The notes: generated by a model not told the origin, from the sequence alone. Shown: positions 1 through 6,190, counted from the first letter of the stretch. The stretch: 15,964 bases of DNA from an uncultured Clostridia bacterium (GCA_944388715.1 CALXJV010000036.1:1-15964); one strand, 5' to 3'. Numbers and translations: made by a program.

Positions 1-89
1 TTTTTATCTGTCGAAAAATATTTTTTACTGTTCTACACTTCTACTCTCATCTATTATTTATACATCGAAAAAAATTCCAAATAAGTCTA

Positions 90-428
90 CTAGTTTTTGT
101 CATAATAACTTTCAAGAGTAGATATAAATCTAAAAATTAATTTTAATTGCTTTTTATTACATCTATCTAAAAAATTATCTATTAATTTCCTTATTTTCAA
201 ATTATTTGTTTTACTATTTCCATATAAAATATAATCTGTTGTTGAACCCGTCGCGGAACATATTTTATTCAAGGCACTTATGCTAATTTGTAAAGCACCA
301 CGTTCTAATTTTCCAAGATGATTTTCAGAAAGTCCACAACGTTCTGCAAATATTTGTCTTGGCTCATTATAATTTTCTTCTCTTATTTTTCTTATTCTAG
401 CACCGATTTCTATATTATCTAATACCAT
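90..428 (-). CDS. XRE-family helix-turn-helix transcriptional regulator (Tn916 Orf9-like repressor position)
   Basis: 112-aa ORF preceded by a GGAGG Shine-Dalgarno (reverse complement of cctcc at ~436-440). It has an N-terminal HTH_3-type motif (IGARIRKIREE...LSENHLGKLERG...ISALNKICSATGSTTDYILYG). It is divergent from the sigma-like gene. Confidence 0.85.
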   Translation of the reverse strand: MVLDNIEIGARIRKIREENYNEPRQIFAERCGLSENHLGKLERGALQISISALNKICSATGSTTDYILYGNSKTNNLKIRKLIDNFLDRCNKKQLKLIFRFISTLESYYDKN

Positions 429-859
429 TTTTTAAGCCTCCTGTTCCTAATGCTACTATTTTATATTGCTTTTTAAGAATATTACATACCATAATAATGC
501 CAAAATAATAGCATTATTAGGAATTTTGTGTACATAAAAAAGCACATAAATACATAATTAGACAATTTTTGTATTTTCCAAAAGTGTTATCTTAGCAATA
601 TATAATACTAGTTTTCGACAAATTTTACACTTCCATTTTTGTATAATTCTGTTGGGTTTATATACCTATTTAAAAGAACATAAATTGACTGACAAAAGAG
701 GTAGTTTTAAAGCACAAATGATTATGTTTTTTATTACTAAATAGGTATAATAGGCTCATTTTTTATATATTTTTATGGAAGGAGGTTTTTATTTTTGATT
801 TGTGTTCCTTTTAGATAGGAATATTAAACCCAAATTCAAGAAATTTGGGAGGAACACTT

Positions 860-1267
860 ATGGAAAGTAAAAACGATTACAGAGAGGAGAAGTTTGATAG
901 CTACCTTAATAAAACTATTATTTTGTCATCTAGGACATATTTTAAAAAACAAATGAATACAATAAACAAAGAAAGGACTATTGTTGATGACGTAGACTAT
1001 TCAGCTCTATTGCAAGATTTCGTCAATGCTAATAGTTCTTTTTCTAGTTTTGACGATATTGATTCTAAACTAGAATTATCAAGTGCATTAAGTACACTGT
1101 CTGTTATTGAGCAGGCAGTTATTTTTTTGTTATTTCAAGAAGATTTAACACAAAATGAAGTAGCAGAAATTCTAAAAATATATTCAAAAACTGTTAGTAA
1201 AATAAAAAATAGAGCAATGGGAAAGTTAAAAAAGTATTTGAAGGGAGATTTTGAAAATGAAAAATAA
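860..1267 (+). CDS. Small sigma-70 region-4 (ECF-like) DNA-binding protein, Tn916 Orf7-like
   Basis: The C-terminus LSVIEQAVIFLLFQEDLTQNEVAEILKIYSKTVSKIKNRAMGKLKKYL is a typical sigma region 4.2 HTH. The ORF track opens at a TTG at 845, but GGGAGG at 846-851 followed by ATG at 860 (in frame) is the more likely start. Confidence 0.7.
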   Translation: MESKNDYREEKFDSYLNKTIILSSRTYFKKQMNTINKERTIVDDVDYSALLQDFVNANSSFSSFDDIDSKLELSSALSTLSVIEQAVIFLLFQEDLTQNEVAEILKIYSKTVSKIKNRAMGKLKKYLKGDFENEK

Positions 1268-1436
1268 AAGTTTATATGAACTAGGAAAATTAGCACAAAA
1301 AGGAAATGATATAGCAATACTAGAAATTATTGAAAGAAAAAGAAAGATGATTAAAAGATACAGTTTTGAAGATGAAGATCGTTACCAATTTATAATTTTA
1401 AAACTAATAGAAGGTATAAAAAATTATAAATTTTAA
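1251..1436 (+). CDS. Small sigma-region-2-like / conjugative-transposon HTH protein, Tn916 Orf8-like
   Basis: 61-aa ORF overlapping the stop of the preceding gene by 17 nt, which suggests translational coupling. The motif LAQKGNDIAILEIIERKRKMIKRY resembles the N-terminal sigma region-2-like segment of Orf8-type proteins. Its position directly after the Orf7-like gene also fits. Confidence 0.5.
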   Translation: MKMKNKSLYELGKLAQKGNDIAILEIIERKRKMIKRYSFEDEDRYQFIILKLIEGIKNYKF

Positions 1437-1463
1437 AAATTTTTTTAAAATCAGGGGAGAATT

Positions 1464-1491
1464 TTGTCGAGATACTCACTGTATATATAAT
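1464..1491 (+). promoter_or_regulatory. Candidate promoter TTGTCG-16 nt-TATAAT upstream of the 56-aa membrane ORF
   Basis: TTGTCG at 1464-1469 and TATAAT at 1486-1491. The -35-like element is part of the recurrent TTTGTCGA octamer. Confidence 0.4.
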
Positions 1492-1589
1492 GAAGGGCAA
1501 ATTTAAAGGAAGCACTATATTAAAAAAGGACAGGTTGGACTAGCTCTTATCTGTCCTTTATCTAAATTTAAGAAAGGAGAATATAAAAT

Positions 1590-1760
1590 ATGTTTTTTAG
1601 ATTTGTATTGTTAGGAATATCCCTTGTACTATTGCTTTTTATATTTGATATTTTAGTACCCAAATTAAAATTAAAATATCGACTATATAAAGAATTAAAA
1701 GAAAAGCAAAAAAGACAACAAGCATTTAAAAAGAAAATGGAAGAATTAGAGATTAAATAG
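1590..1760 (+). CDS. Small (56 aa) single-pass membrane protein with a lysine-rich tail; not in the supplied ORF track
   Basis: AAAGGAGA SD at 1573-1580, then ATG at 1590 and TAG at 1758-1760. My translation is MFFRFVLLGISLVLLLFIFDILVPKLKLKYRLYKELKEKQKRQQAFKKKMEELEIK, a hydrophobic helix followed by a basic tail. Confidence 0.45.
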   Translation: MFFRFVLLGISLVLLLFIFDILVPKLKLKYRLYKELKEKQKRQQAFKKKMEELEIK

Positions 1761-1833
1761 TTTCTCTAATAGTTCCGTCATATCTAAAAAGTGTCGACAA
1801 AAAATTAACCACTAAATATATAAGGCGGTATTT

Positions 1834-2256
1834 ATGGGAATTTTAAAGGAAAAAATACTTAATCTATTTTATATTGAACATTTAAAAGTAAAAGAAATAG
1901 CAGAAAATACAAATGTATCATCTGCTTATATAACAAAGGTAATAAAAAAAGATACAAGATACAAGAAAGAAAAAGAATTTAGAAAAAATAAATCAAAAGA
2001 AAAAAGAAAAATTGATCAAAACAATTTTGTTAAGAAAAAAAGAGAAATAAAAAAGGTAGAGGATAACTACGAATTTGTCGAAACACAGCACATACAAGCA
2101 GTTATGGAATTGTCAAAGTGTAAAAGATTAAGTGATGAGAATTATAGGAAATGGAATAAAAGTGCTTATAACTATAACCCTTCAAAACATAGGTACGAAT
2201 TTAAAGAAGAATTAGGTCGATCATATGATGTACCTAAATATATAAAAGAAAGGTAA
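1834..2256 (+). CDS. Lysine-rich putative DNA-binding protein with an N-terminal HTH; function unknown
   Basis: The N-terminus LNLFYIEHLKVKEIAENTNVSSAYITKVIKK looks like a sigma-region-4/LuxR-type HTH. The remainder is highly basic. It sits between the Orf8-like gene and xis, the Tn916 orf5 neighbourhood. Confidence 0.5.
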   Translation: MGILKEKILNLFYIEHLKVKEIAENTNVSSAYITKVIKKDTRYKKEKEFRKNKSKEKRKIDQNNFVKKKREIKKVEDNYEFVETQHIQAVMELSKCKRLSDENYRKWNKSAYNYNPSKHRYEFKEELGRSYDVPKYIKER

Positions 2257-2289
2257 ACAAGTAATTTACTTGTTAAAAGGTACAAATTT

Positions 2290-2535
2290 ATGGAAGAAAA
2301 ATTGTTAAAAGTATTTAAACTAGCAGATAAATTAAACAATAAGCAAAGTAAAATATATGCAGAAATTAATTATACTGCTAATGATAAACAAAAGCTAGAA
2401 ATATCTATCAGGAGAAAAAAAGATTTTTCTTATGTTGAAAAATGCGAAATTTGTATTAGAGATAATTCAGAAGAAAAATGGGACAATATTGTTACATTAT
2501 TTGAAACTTTTATTGGAGGTGTTAAAAATGAATAA
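2290..2535 (+). CDS. Hypothetical protein (81 aa)
   Basis: Intact ORF on the same strand as its neighbours. Its stop overlaps the next start (ATGAATAA at 2528-2535). I recognise no motif. Confidence 0.45.
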   Translation: MEEKLLKVFKLADKLNNKQSKIYAEINYTANDKQKLEISIRRKKDFSYVEKCEICIRDNSEEKWDNIVTLFETFIGGVKNE

Positions 2536-2746
2536 GAAAGAATCCGTCGCATATGGCCAGATAGCTTTGGAATCAATGTTACATTCTACATATAAAAAAG
2601 AAATTAACTTACAAAATTTTGCTATTGAAATGAAACAAGCATTTAAACTATATCCAAAAAATATTGTATTGAATATTGCAGAAAGCAAAGTGTTTGCTGA
2701 AAAAAAGTTAGATACAATAGAAACTGGAAGTGATATAAATGAATGA
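2528..2746 (+). CDS. Hypothetical protein (72 aa from ATG 2528)
   Basis: The ORF track opens at 2432. However, GGAGG at ~2516-2520 followed by an in-frame ATG at 2528 gives a start coupled to the upstream stop. The 3' end overlaps the xis start by 8 nt. Confidence 0.45.
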   Translation: MNKKESVAYGQIALESMLHSTYKKEINLQNFAIEMKQAFKLYPKNIVLNIAESKVFAEKKLDTIETGSDINE

Positions 2747-2936
2747 TGAAAAATTAAGTCTTTCTGTAACAGAAGCTGCTGAATTACTTGGCATTGGAAG
2801 AAATTTAATGTTAAAACTCGTCACTGTTCCAGGTTTCCCTGCCATACGTTTTAAAAAAAAGATTTTAATAAATAAAAATAAATTACAACAATGGTTTGAT
2901 GAAAATACCGGCACTTATGGAAATTATAAATATTGA
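2739..2936 (+). CDS. xis: Excisionase-family (MerR/HTH_17-type) DNA-binding protein
   Basis: 65 aa. LSVTEAAELLGIGRNLMLKLVTVPGFPAIRFKKKILINKNKLQQWF is the classic excisionase-family HTH followed by a wing. It lies immediately upstream of the integrase. Confidence 0.8.
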   Translation: MNDEKLSLSVTEAAELLGIGRNLMLKLVTVPGFPAIRFKKKILINKNKLQQWFDENTGTYGNYKY

Positions 2937-2947
2937 TGACTTCAACA

Positions 2948-2976
2948 TTGTTTTTTTAGAGGTATTATTATATAAT
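2948..2976 (+). promoter_or_regulatory. Candidate promoter TTGTTT-17 nt-TATAAT upstream of int
   Basis: TTGTTT at 2948-2953 and TATAAT at 2971-2976. The 13-mer TTTTAAAGCACAA (2980-2992) sits at the predicted transcription start. Confidence 0.35.
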
Positions 2977-3041
2977 AAATTTTAAAGCACAAGCTGTTCT
3001 ATTTATAATTATATCTCTTTAAAACATTGGAGGTATGATAA

Positions 3042-4748
3042 ATGGAAAAAATGATTACAACACCGAAGATGTCAAGAATAGACCTAAATAAAATGTGTTT
3101 TAAAATTCTTTTAAGTATGAAAGGAGATAAATTTAGGGCAAGATCTGAAATATTATCACAAATACCTAATATAAAAAATAATAGACCTGAAGCTACAAGT
3201 ATAAAGTCTTATAATGATGCAGTGCAAAAATTAATCCCAAAAATTCAAGATTCTTTAAAAGATACTGATAAAAAATTGGGAGAAATTTATCAAGATGAAA
3301 GTGGAAATATTATATTTTATGTTCATAATATAGTATATAGCGAGCAAAGAGCGATATTTTATAATAATTCTAATAATGTGTCTACTGATATATCGTCTAT
3401 GTCAAATATGTTTAATATGTTTTTAGCTTTTATGTCTAGCAACAATAATATTCCTCAAAAAAATGTAATTAATCTCTCTACAAATAATTTAGATAAATTA
3501 GAAATATCTAATCAAAATAATATAATTAGCAATAATAAAAAATTATTTAGTGAAATTATTGTTGAATGGTTGAGATACTTAAATAATAGAACAAAATTGG
3601 ATTGCGATAGTGATGAATATTTAAGTCCAACAACATTAGAAAGTTATAATAGAAATTTATGGGCATATGTTTTCCCTTATTTAGAAAAGCATCCAGAATA
3701 TAATGATATTTCAATTTTTTCTTCTAGTGTCATTGATGACATTTTTAAAGGAATAAAATGCTTAGATACTAAAAGGGTTTTACTTGTTTCTTTTAAATTG
3801 ATTTTTGAATATGCTAAGAAACATAACTATATAAGTGTTAATACTATATCTGATAAAAAATTAAAGAAAAATAGCAAAAATAGAAAATCAAAAGCAGATT
3901 ATGAATTTATAGAAGAAGATTGTAGAGCACTTTGGATTGACTATATGATAAAAGACTTTCAAATTAAAGAAAAAATTTATAATGATGCTCCTTTAGCATT
4001 CTTATGTACGTTACTGCATGGTAATAGACCAGAAGAAACTTGTGGTACAAAATGGAAAGATTTTGATTTTGAAAAAAATACTTATCATATTCAAAATGCT
4101 TATAAGAAAATTCCTATCTATGATGAAATAACAATGAAAAGAATTGGTTGGGATAAAGGTGATGGACCTTTGAAAACTCCGGAAAGTAATAGAATACTAT
4201 CATTAGATTTACTATTTAAAGAATTATTACTTGAACATAGAGAAAATCAAAAGAAATATTTTAAAAAAATCGGAAAGAAATGGTCTGATGATGAATATGT
4301 TTTTAGAAACCGCTATAATGAGCCATATACTCCTGATATACTTTCAAAGAATTTTACTAAATTTGTTAAAAGACATAAAGATTTATCTCATATAGTTATT
4401 TATTCTTTAAGACATAGTTTTGCTACACATTGTAAAAATAACGGTATGTCAGCCGAAGTTTTGGCAAGAATTATGGGACATACAGAATATGAAACAACAC
4501 AAAGATATTATATACATATTTCAAGTAAACAAAAGAAAGAAGAATTAGAAAAAGTACAAAAACAAGATCTTAACAAATATTTAGGTAAAGATAATAGTGA
4601 ACTAGTACATCTTCAAAACAAAGTTTCAAATTTACAAGAATTACAACAAGATGATATTATAAATTATGTACAATTAGATAATAATACATTATCAACTTTA
4701 ACAACAATACTTACAAAAATTATTCAAAAGCAAAGAGTTGTTGCCTGA
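3042..4748 (+). CDS. int: Tyrosine recombinase / phage-type integrase (568 aa; long N-terminal region and C-terminal tail)
   Basis: GGAGG SD at ~3029-3033. The catalytic-domain motifs are HGNRPEE (Arg I), SLRHSFATH (Arg II/His), IMGHTEYETTQRYYIH (His and nucleophilic Tyr). A SAM-like core-binding segment starts around FSEIIVEWLRYL. Confidence 0.9.
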   Translation: MEKMITTPKMSRIDLNKMCFKILLSMKGDKFRARSEILSQIPNIKNNRPEATSIKSYNDAVQKLIPKIQDSLKDTDKKLGEIYQDESGNIIFYVHNIVYSEQRAIFYNNSNNVSTDISSMSNMFNMFLAFMSSNNNIPQKNVINLSTNNLDKLEISNQNNIISNNKKLFSEIIVEWLRYLNNRTKLDCDSDEYLSPTTLESYNRNLWAYVFPYLEKHPEYNDISIFSSSVIDDIFKGIKCLDTKRVLLVSFKLIFEYAKKHNYISVNTISDKKLKKNSKNRKSKADYEFIEEDCRALWIDYMIKDFQIKEKIYNDAPLAFLCTLLHGNRPEETCGTKWKDFDFEKNTYHIQNAYKKIPIYDEITMKRIGWDKGDGPLKTPESNRILSLDLLFKELLLEHRENQKKYFKKIGKKWSDDEYVFRNRYNEPYTPDILSKNFTKFVKRHKDLSHIVIYSLRHSFATHCKNNGMSAEVLARIMGHTEYETTQRYYIHISSKQKKEELEKVQKQDLNKYLGKDNSELVHLQNKVSNLQELQQDDIINYVQLDNNTLSTLTTILTKIIQKQRVVA

Positions 4749-4788
4749 AAAATATTTCATTTGCTTTTTATTAAGAGCATTATTTTTT

Positions 4789-4823
4789 GGGGACTATGTG
4801 GGGACTTTTTGGGGACTTGTGGG
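4789..4823 (+). repeat. Array A: three perfect GGGGACT motifs at exact 11-bp phasing, plus a degenerate GGG run
   Basis: GGGGACT at 4789, 4800 and 4811; GGG at 4821-4823. The units are GGGGACTATGT, GGGGACTTTTT and GGGGACTTGTG. Confidence 0.9.
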
Positions 4824-4919
4824 TCGCTCGGAGAAATTTATAAATTATCACAAAGCCAGTAAATATGTCTATTCCGTAGATTATTAAATTTTCTACTTTT
4901 CATAATTTAATGATTTTGT

Positions 4920-4963
4920 GGGGACTTTCTGGGGACTTTTTGGGGACTACGTGGGGACTAGAT
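4920..4963 (+). repeat. Array B: four perfect GGGGACT motifs at exact 11-bp phasing
   Basis: GGGGACT at 4920, 4931, 4942 and 4953. The units are GGGGACTTTCT, GGGGACTTTTT, GGGGACTACGT and GGGGACTAGAT. It has the same orientation as array A and is separated from it by ~95 bp of AT-rich DNA. Confidence 0.9.
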
Positions 4964-5018
4964 GAAAAAATGAATTAAAATTAGTCTTAAAAAATGATTA
5001 TTTTTTGATTTTGGGCAT

Positions 5019-5060
5019 AAAAAAAAGCCAATAATCAAGCCCTTCGCAAGACTAATGACC
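5019..5060 (-). terminator. Rho-independent terminator of the tRNA operon
   Basis: On the minus strand, directly after the tRNA-Thr CCA, there is an imperfect ~14-bp stem (GGUCAUUAGUCUUGC...GGGCUUGAUUAUUGGC). A run of eight U follows (the A-run at 5019-5026 on the plus strand). Confidence 0.55.
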
Positions 5061-5063
5061 TTG

Positions 5064-5140
5064 TGGAGCCACTTATCCGATTCGAACGGATGACCCTCGC
5101 ATTACAAGTGCGATGCTCTGGCCAGCTGAGCTAAAGTGGC
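5064..5140 (-). tRNA. tRNA-Thr (anticodon UGU), CCA encoded
   Basis: The reverse complement is GCCACTTTAGCTCAGCTGGCCAGAGCATCGCACTTGTAATGCGAGGGTCATCCGTTCGAATCGGATAAGTGGCTCCA. It folds as a cloverleaf with a 7-bp acceptor stem, anticodon stem TCGCA/TGCGA, loop CTTGTAA and T-loop TTCGAAT. Confidence 0.9.
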
Positions 5141-5154
5141 ATATTAAATTATGT

Positions 5155-5229
5155 TGGTGACCCGTACGGGAATTGAACCCATGTCTCCGCCGTGAAAGGG
5201 CGGTGTCTTAACCTCTTGACCAACGGGCC
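5155..5229 (-). tRNA. tRNA-Glu (anticodon UUC), CCA encoded
   Basis: The reverse complement is GGCCCGTTGGTCAAGAGGTTAAGACACCGCCCTTTCACGGCGGAGACATGGGTTCAATTCCCGTACGGGTCACCA. Anticodon stem CCGCC/GGCGG, loop CTTTCAC, T-loop TTCAATT. Confidence 0.9.
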
Positions 5230-5237
5230 GTATATAT

Positions 5238-5276
5238 AAAGAACTAAATAATTAGTCTAAAATTATTTAGTTCTTT
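5238..5276 (-). other. Perfect 16-bp AT-rich hairpin filling the spacer between tRNA-Lys and tRNA-Glu
   Basis: Arms at 5238-5253 and 5261-5276 are exact reverse complements (AAAGAACTAAATAATT / AATTATTTAGTTCTTT), with a 7-nt loop AGTCTAA. The hairpin begins at the nucleotide after the tRNA-Lys CCA. Confidence 0.6.
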
Positions 5277-5352
5277 TGGTGAGCTATCCGCGACTCGAAC
5301 GCGGGACAACTTGATTAAAAGTCAAGTGCTCTACCACCTGAGCTAATAGCCC
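5277..5352 (-). tRNA. tRNA-Lys (anticodon UUU), CCA encoded
   Basis: The reverse complement is GGGCTATTAGCTCAGGTGGTAGAGCACTTGACTTTTAATCAAGTTGTCCCGCGTTCGAGTCGCGGATAGCTCACCA. Anticodon stem CTTGA/TCAAG, loop CTTTTAA, T-loop TTCGAGT. Confidence 0.9.
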
Positions 5353-5380
5353 ATGTACGTTTCATTCATAACGCCTTTAT

Positions 5381-5409
5381 AGTTTACAATATTTTTTTAA
5401 GCTTGTCAA
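5381..5409 (-). promoter_or_regulatory. Candidate sigma-A promoter of the tRNA operon (TTGACA-17 nt-TAAACT)
   Basis: On the minus strand, TTGACA lies at 5409-5404 and TAAACT at 5386-5381, about 30 nt upstream of the tRNA-Lys 5' end. Confidence 0.45.
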
Positions 5410-5637
5410 TACTTTTGTGAAAATTTTGTGAATTTTTTTTAGAATATGACAATTCACATTTAATTCAATAAAATTCAAAATTATATTATAGTATTTTTTG
5501 CTGTTATTTGTAACAAAATATTTTATTGACTTCTTAAATTTAATAATTTGGAATTCAAAGGAACAAACCCAATTTCAAATTATTTAATATTAAAAATCTG
5601 TCCCTTTGGTTCCATTTTGGAACGATTTAGCACGTCC

Positions 5638-5823
5638 CTAAGCATTTAATTTTTCTACAACTTCTTCTACATCTATTCCATGTACATCACAAGCTTCTTC
5701 TAAAGTTTCCATTTGAGATGCAGGACATCCTATGCAGTGCATTCCAACATTTAATAAAATCTCTGCTTTTTCTGGAGCTTTTTCTAATATTTCTCCAATT
5801 CTTGTATCTTTATCAAATTTCAT
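5638..5823 (-). CDS. DUF1858-type small redox disulfide protein (hybrid-cluster-protein-associated family)
   Basis: 61 aa with an AAGGAGG SD. The sequence IGEILEKAPEKAEILLNVGMHCIGCPASQMETLEEACDVHGIDVEEVVEKLN contains the characteristic H-C-x-G-C-P motif of this family. Confidence 0.8.
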   Translation of the reverse strand: MKFDKDTRIGEILEKAPEKAEILLNVGMHCIGCPASQMETLEEACDVHGIDVEEVVEKLNA

Positions 5824-5925
5824 AAATATTCCTCCTTAAAAAATTATTTGTTTTAAATTAACAAAAATTTCAGTCGTTAAAATTGACTATTTTTATAAAT
5901 TTTATCACAAATTTTCAAAAAAGTA

Positions 5926-5954
5926 TAGACAAATGCAAAAAAATATTGTATTAT
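5926..5954 (+). promoter_or_regulatory. Candidate promoter TAGACA-17 nt-TATTAT for the T4SS-like block
   Basis: TAGACA at 5926-5931 and TATTAT at 5949-5954, with TG immediately upstream. This leaves a ~170-nt leader before the SD at 6126-6133. Confidence 0.35.
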
Positions 5955-6190
5955 GGTAAAAATTGTAAGGTGGTGATGATATTTTTACACTTGTAGATTT
6001 ATTTTTTATATCTCTTATTATTAATCTTTTCATCAGTTTATATTCAATTTACACTTTTATCGAGATAAAAATTTTTCATAATCAACAAGGTTCCAAATTA
6101 AAAATCAAGCAAAAATACACTGAAAAAGGAGGTTCTTAGTTTATCAAAAAGTTTTTTACAATAATATTATTTACATTCATACTTATTTTT

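Larger units (their letters stand above)
1..4963 (+). mobile_element. Terminal regulation/excision-integration module of a Tn916-family integrative conjugative element. The left part continues beyond the window; the right boundary is undefined, somewhere between 4749 and ~5018.
   Basis: The gene order is XRE repressor (minus), divergent sigma-region-4 protein, small sigma-region-2-like protein, small ORFs, excisionase, tyrosine integrase. This mirrors the orf9/orf7/orf8/(orf5)/xis/int end of Tn916-like ICEs. The intact tRNA-Thr terminator at 5019-5060 sets the outer limit of the element. Confidence 0.6.

Noticed and set aside
845-859. The upstream starts proposed by the ORF track for the sigma-like gene (845) and for the 2432-2746 ORF
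   Set aside because: In both cases a proper SD followed by an in-frame ATG (860 and 2528) gives a better model. The longer versions would overlap the SD or the preceding gene extensively.
1135-1317. Minus-strand ORFs antisense to annotated genes. This span is one example; the others are 2497-2688, 2708-2914, 8645-8854, 9020-9232, 10278-10514 and 11445-11630.
   Set aside because: Each is nested antisense within a better-supported plus-strand CDS. Each has a hydrophobic or low-complexity translation and lacks a ribosome-binding site.
4789-4963. Possibility that the GGGGACT arrays are a CRISPR array
   Set aside because: The period is 11 bp with a 7-bp core and 4-bp variable linkers. There are no 25-40-bp repeats or spacers, and no cas genes in the window.
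5970-5990. Six-codon mini-ORF (ATGATATTTTTACACTTGTAG) behind AAGGTGG in the leader of the T4SS-like operon, as a possible leader peptide
   Set aside because: It is too short, and I could identify no linked attenuator structure. It cannot be supported from sequence alone.
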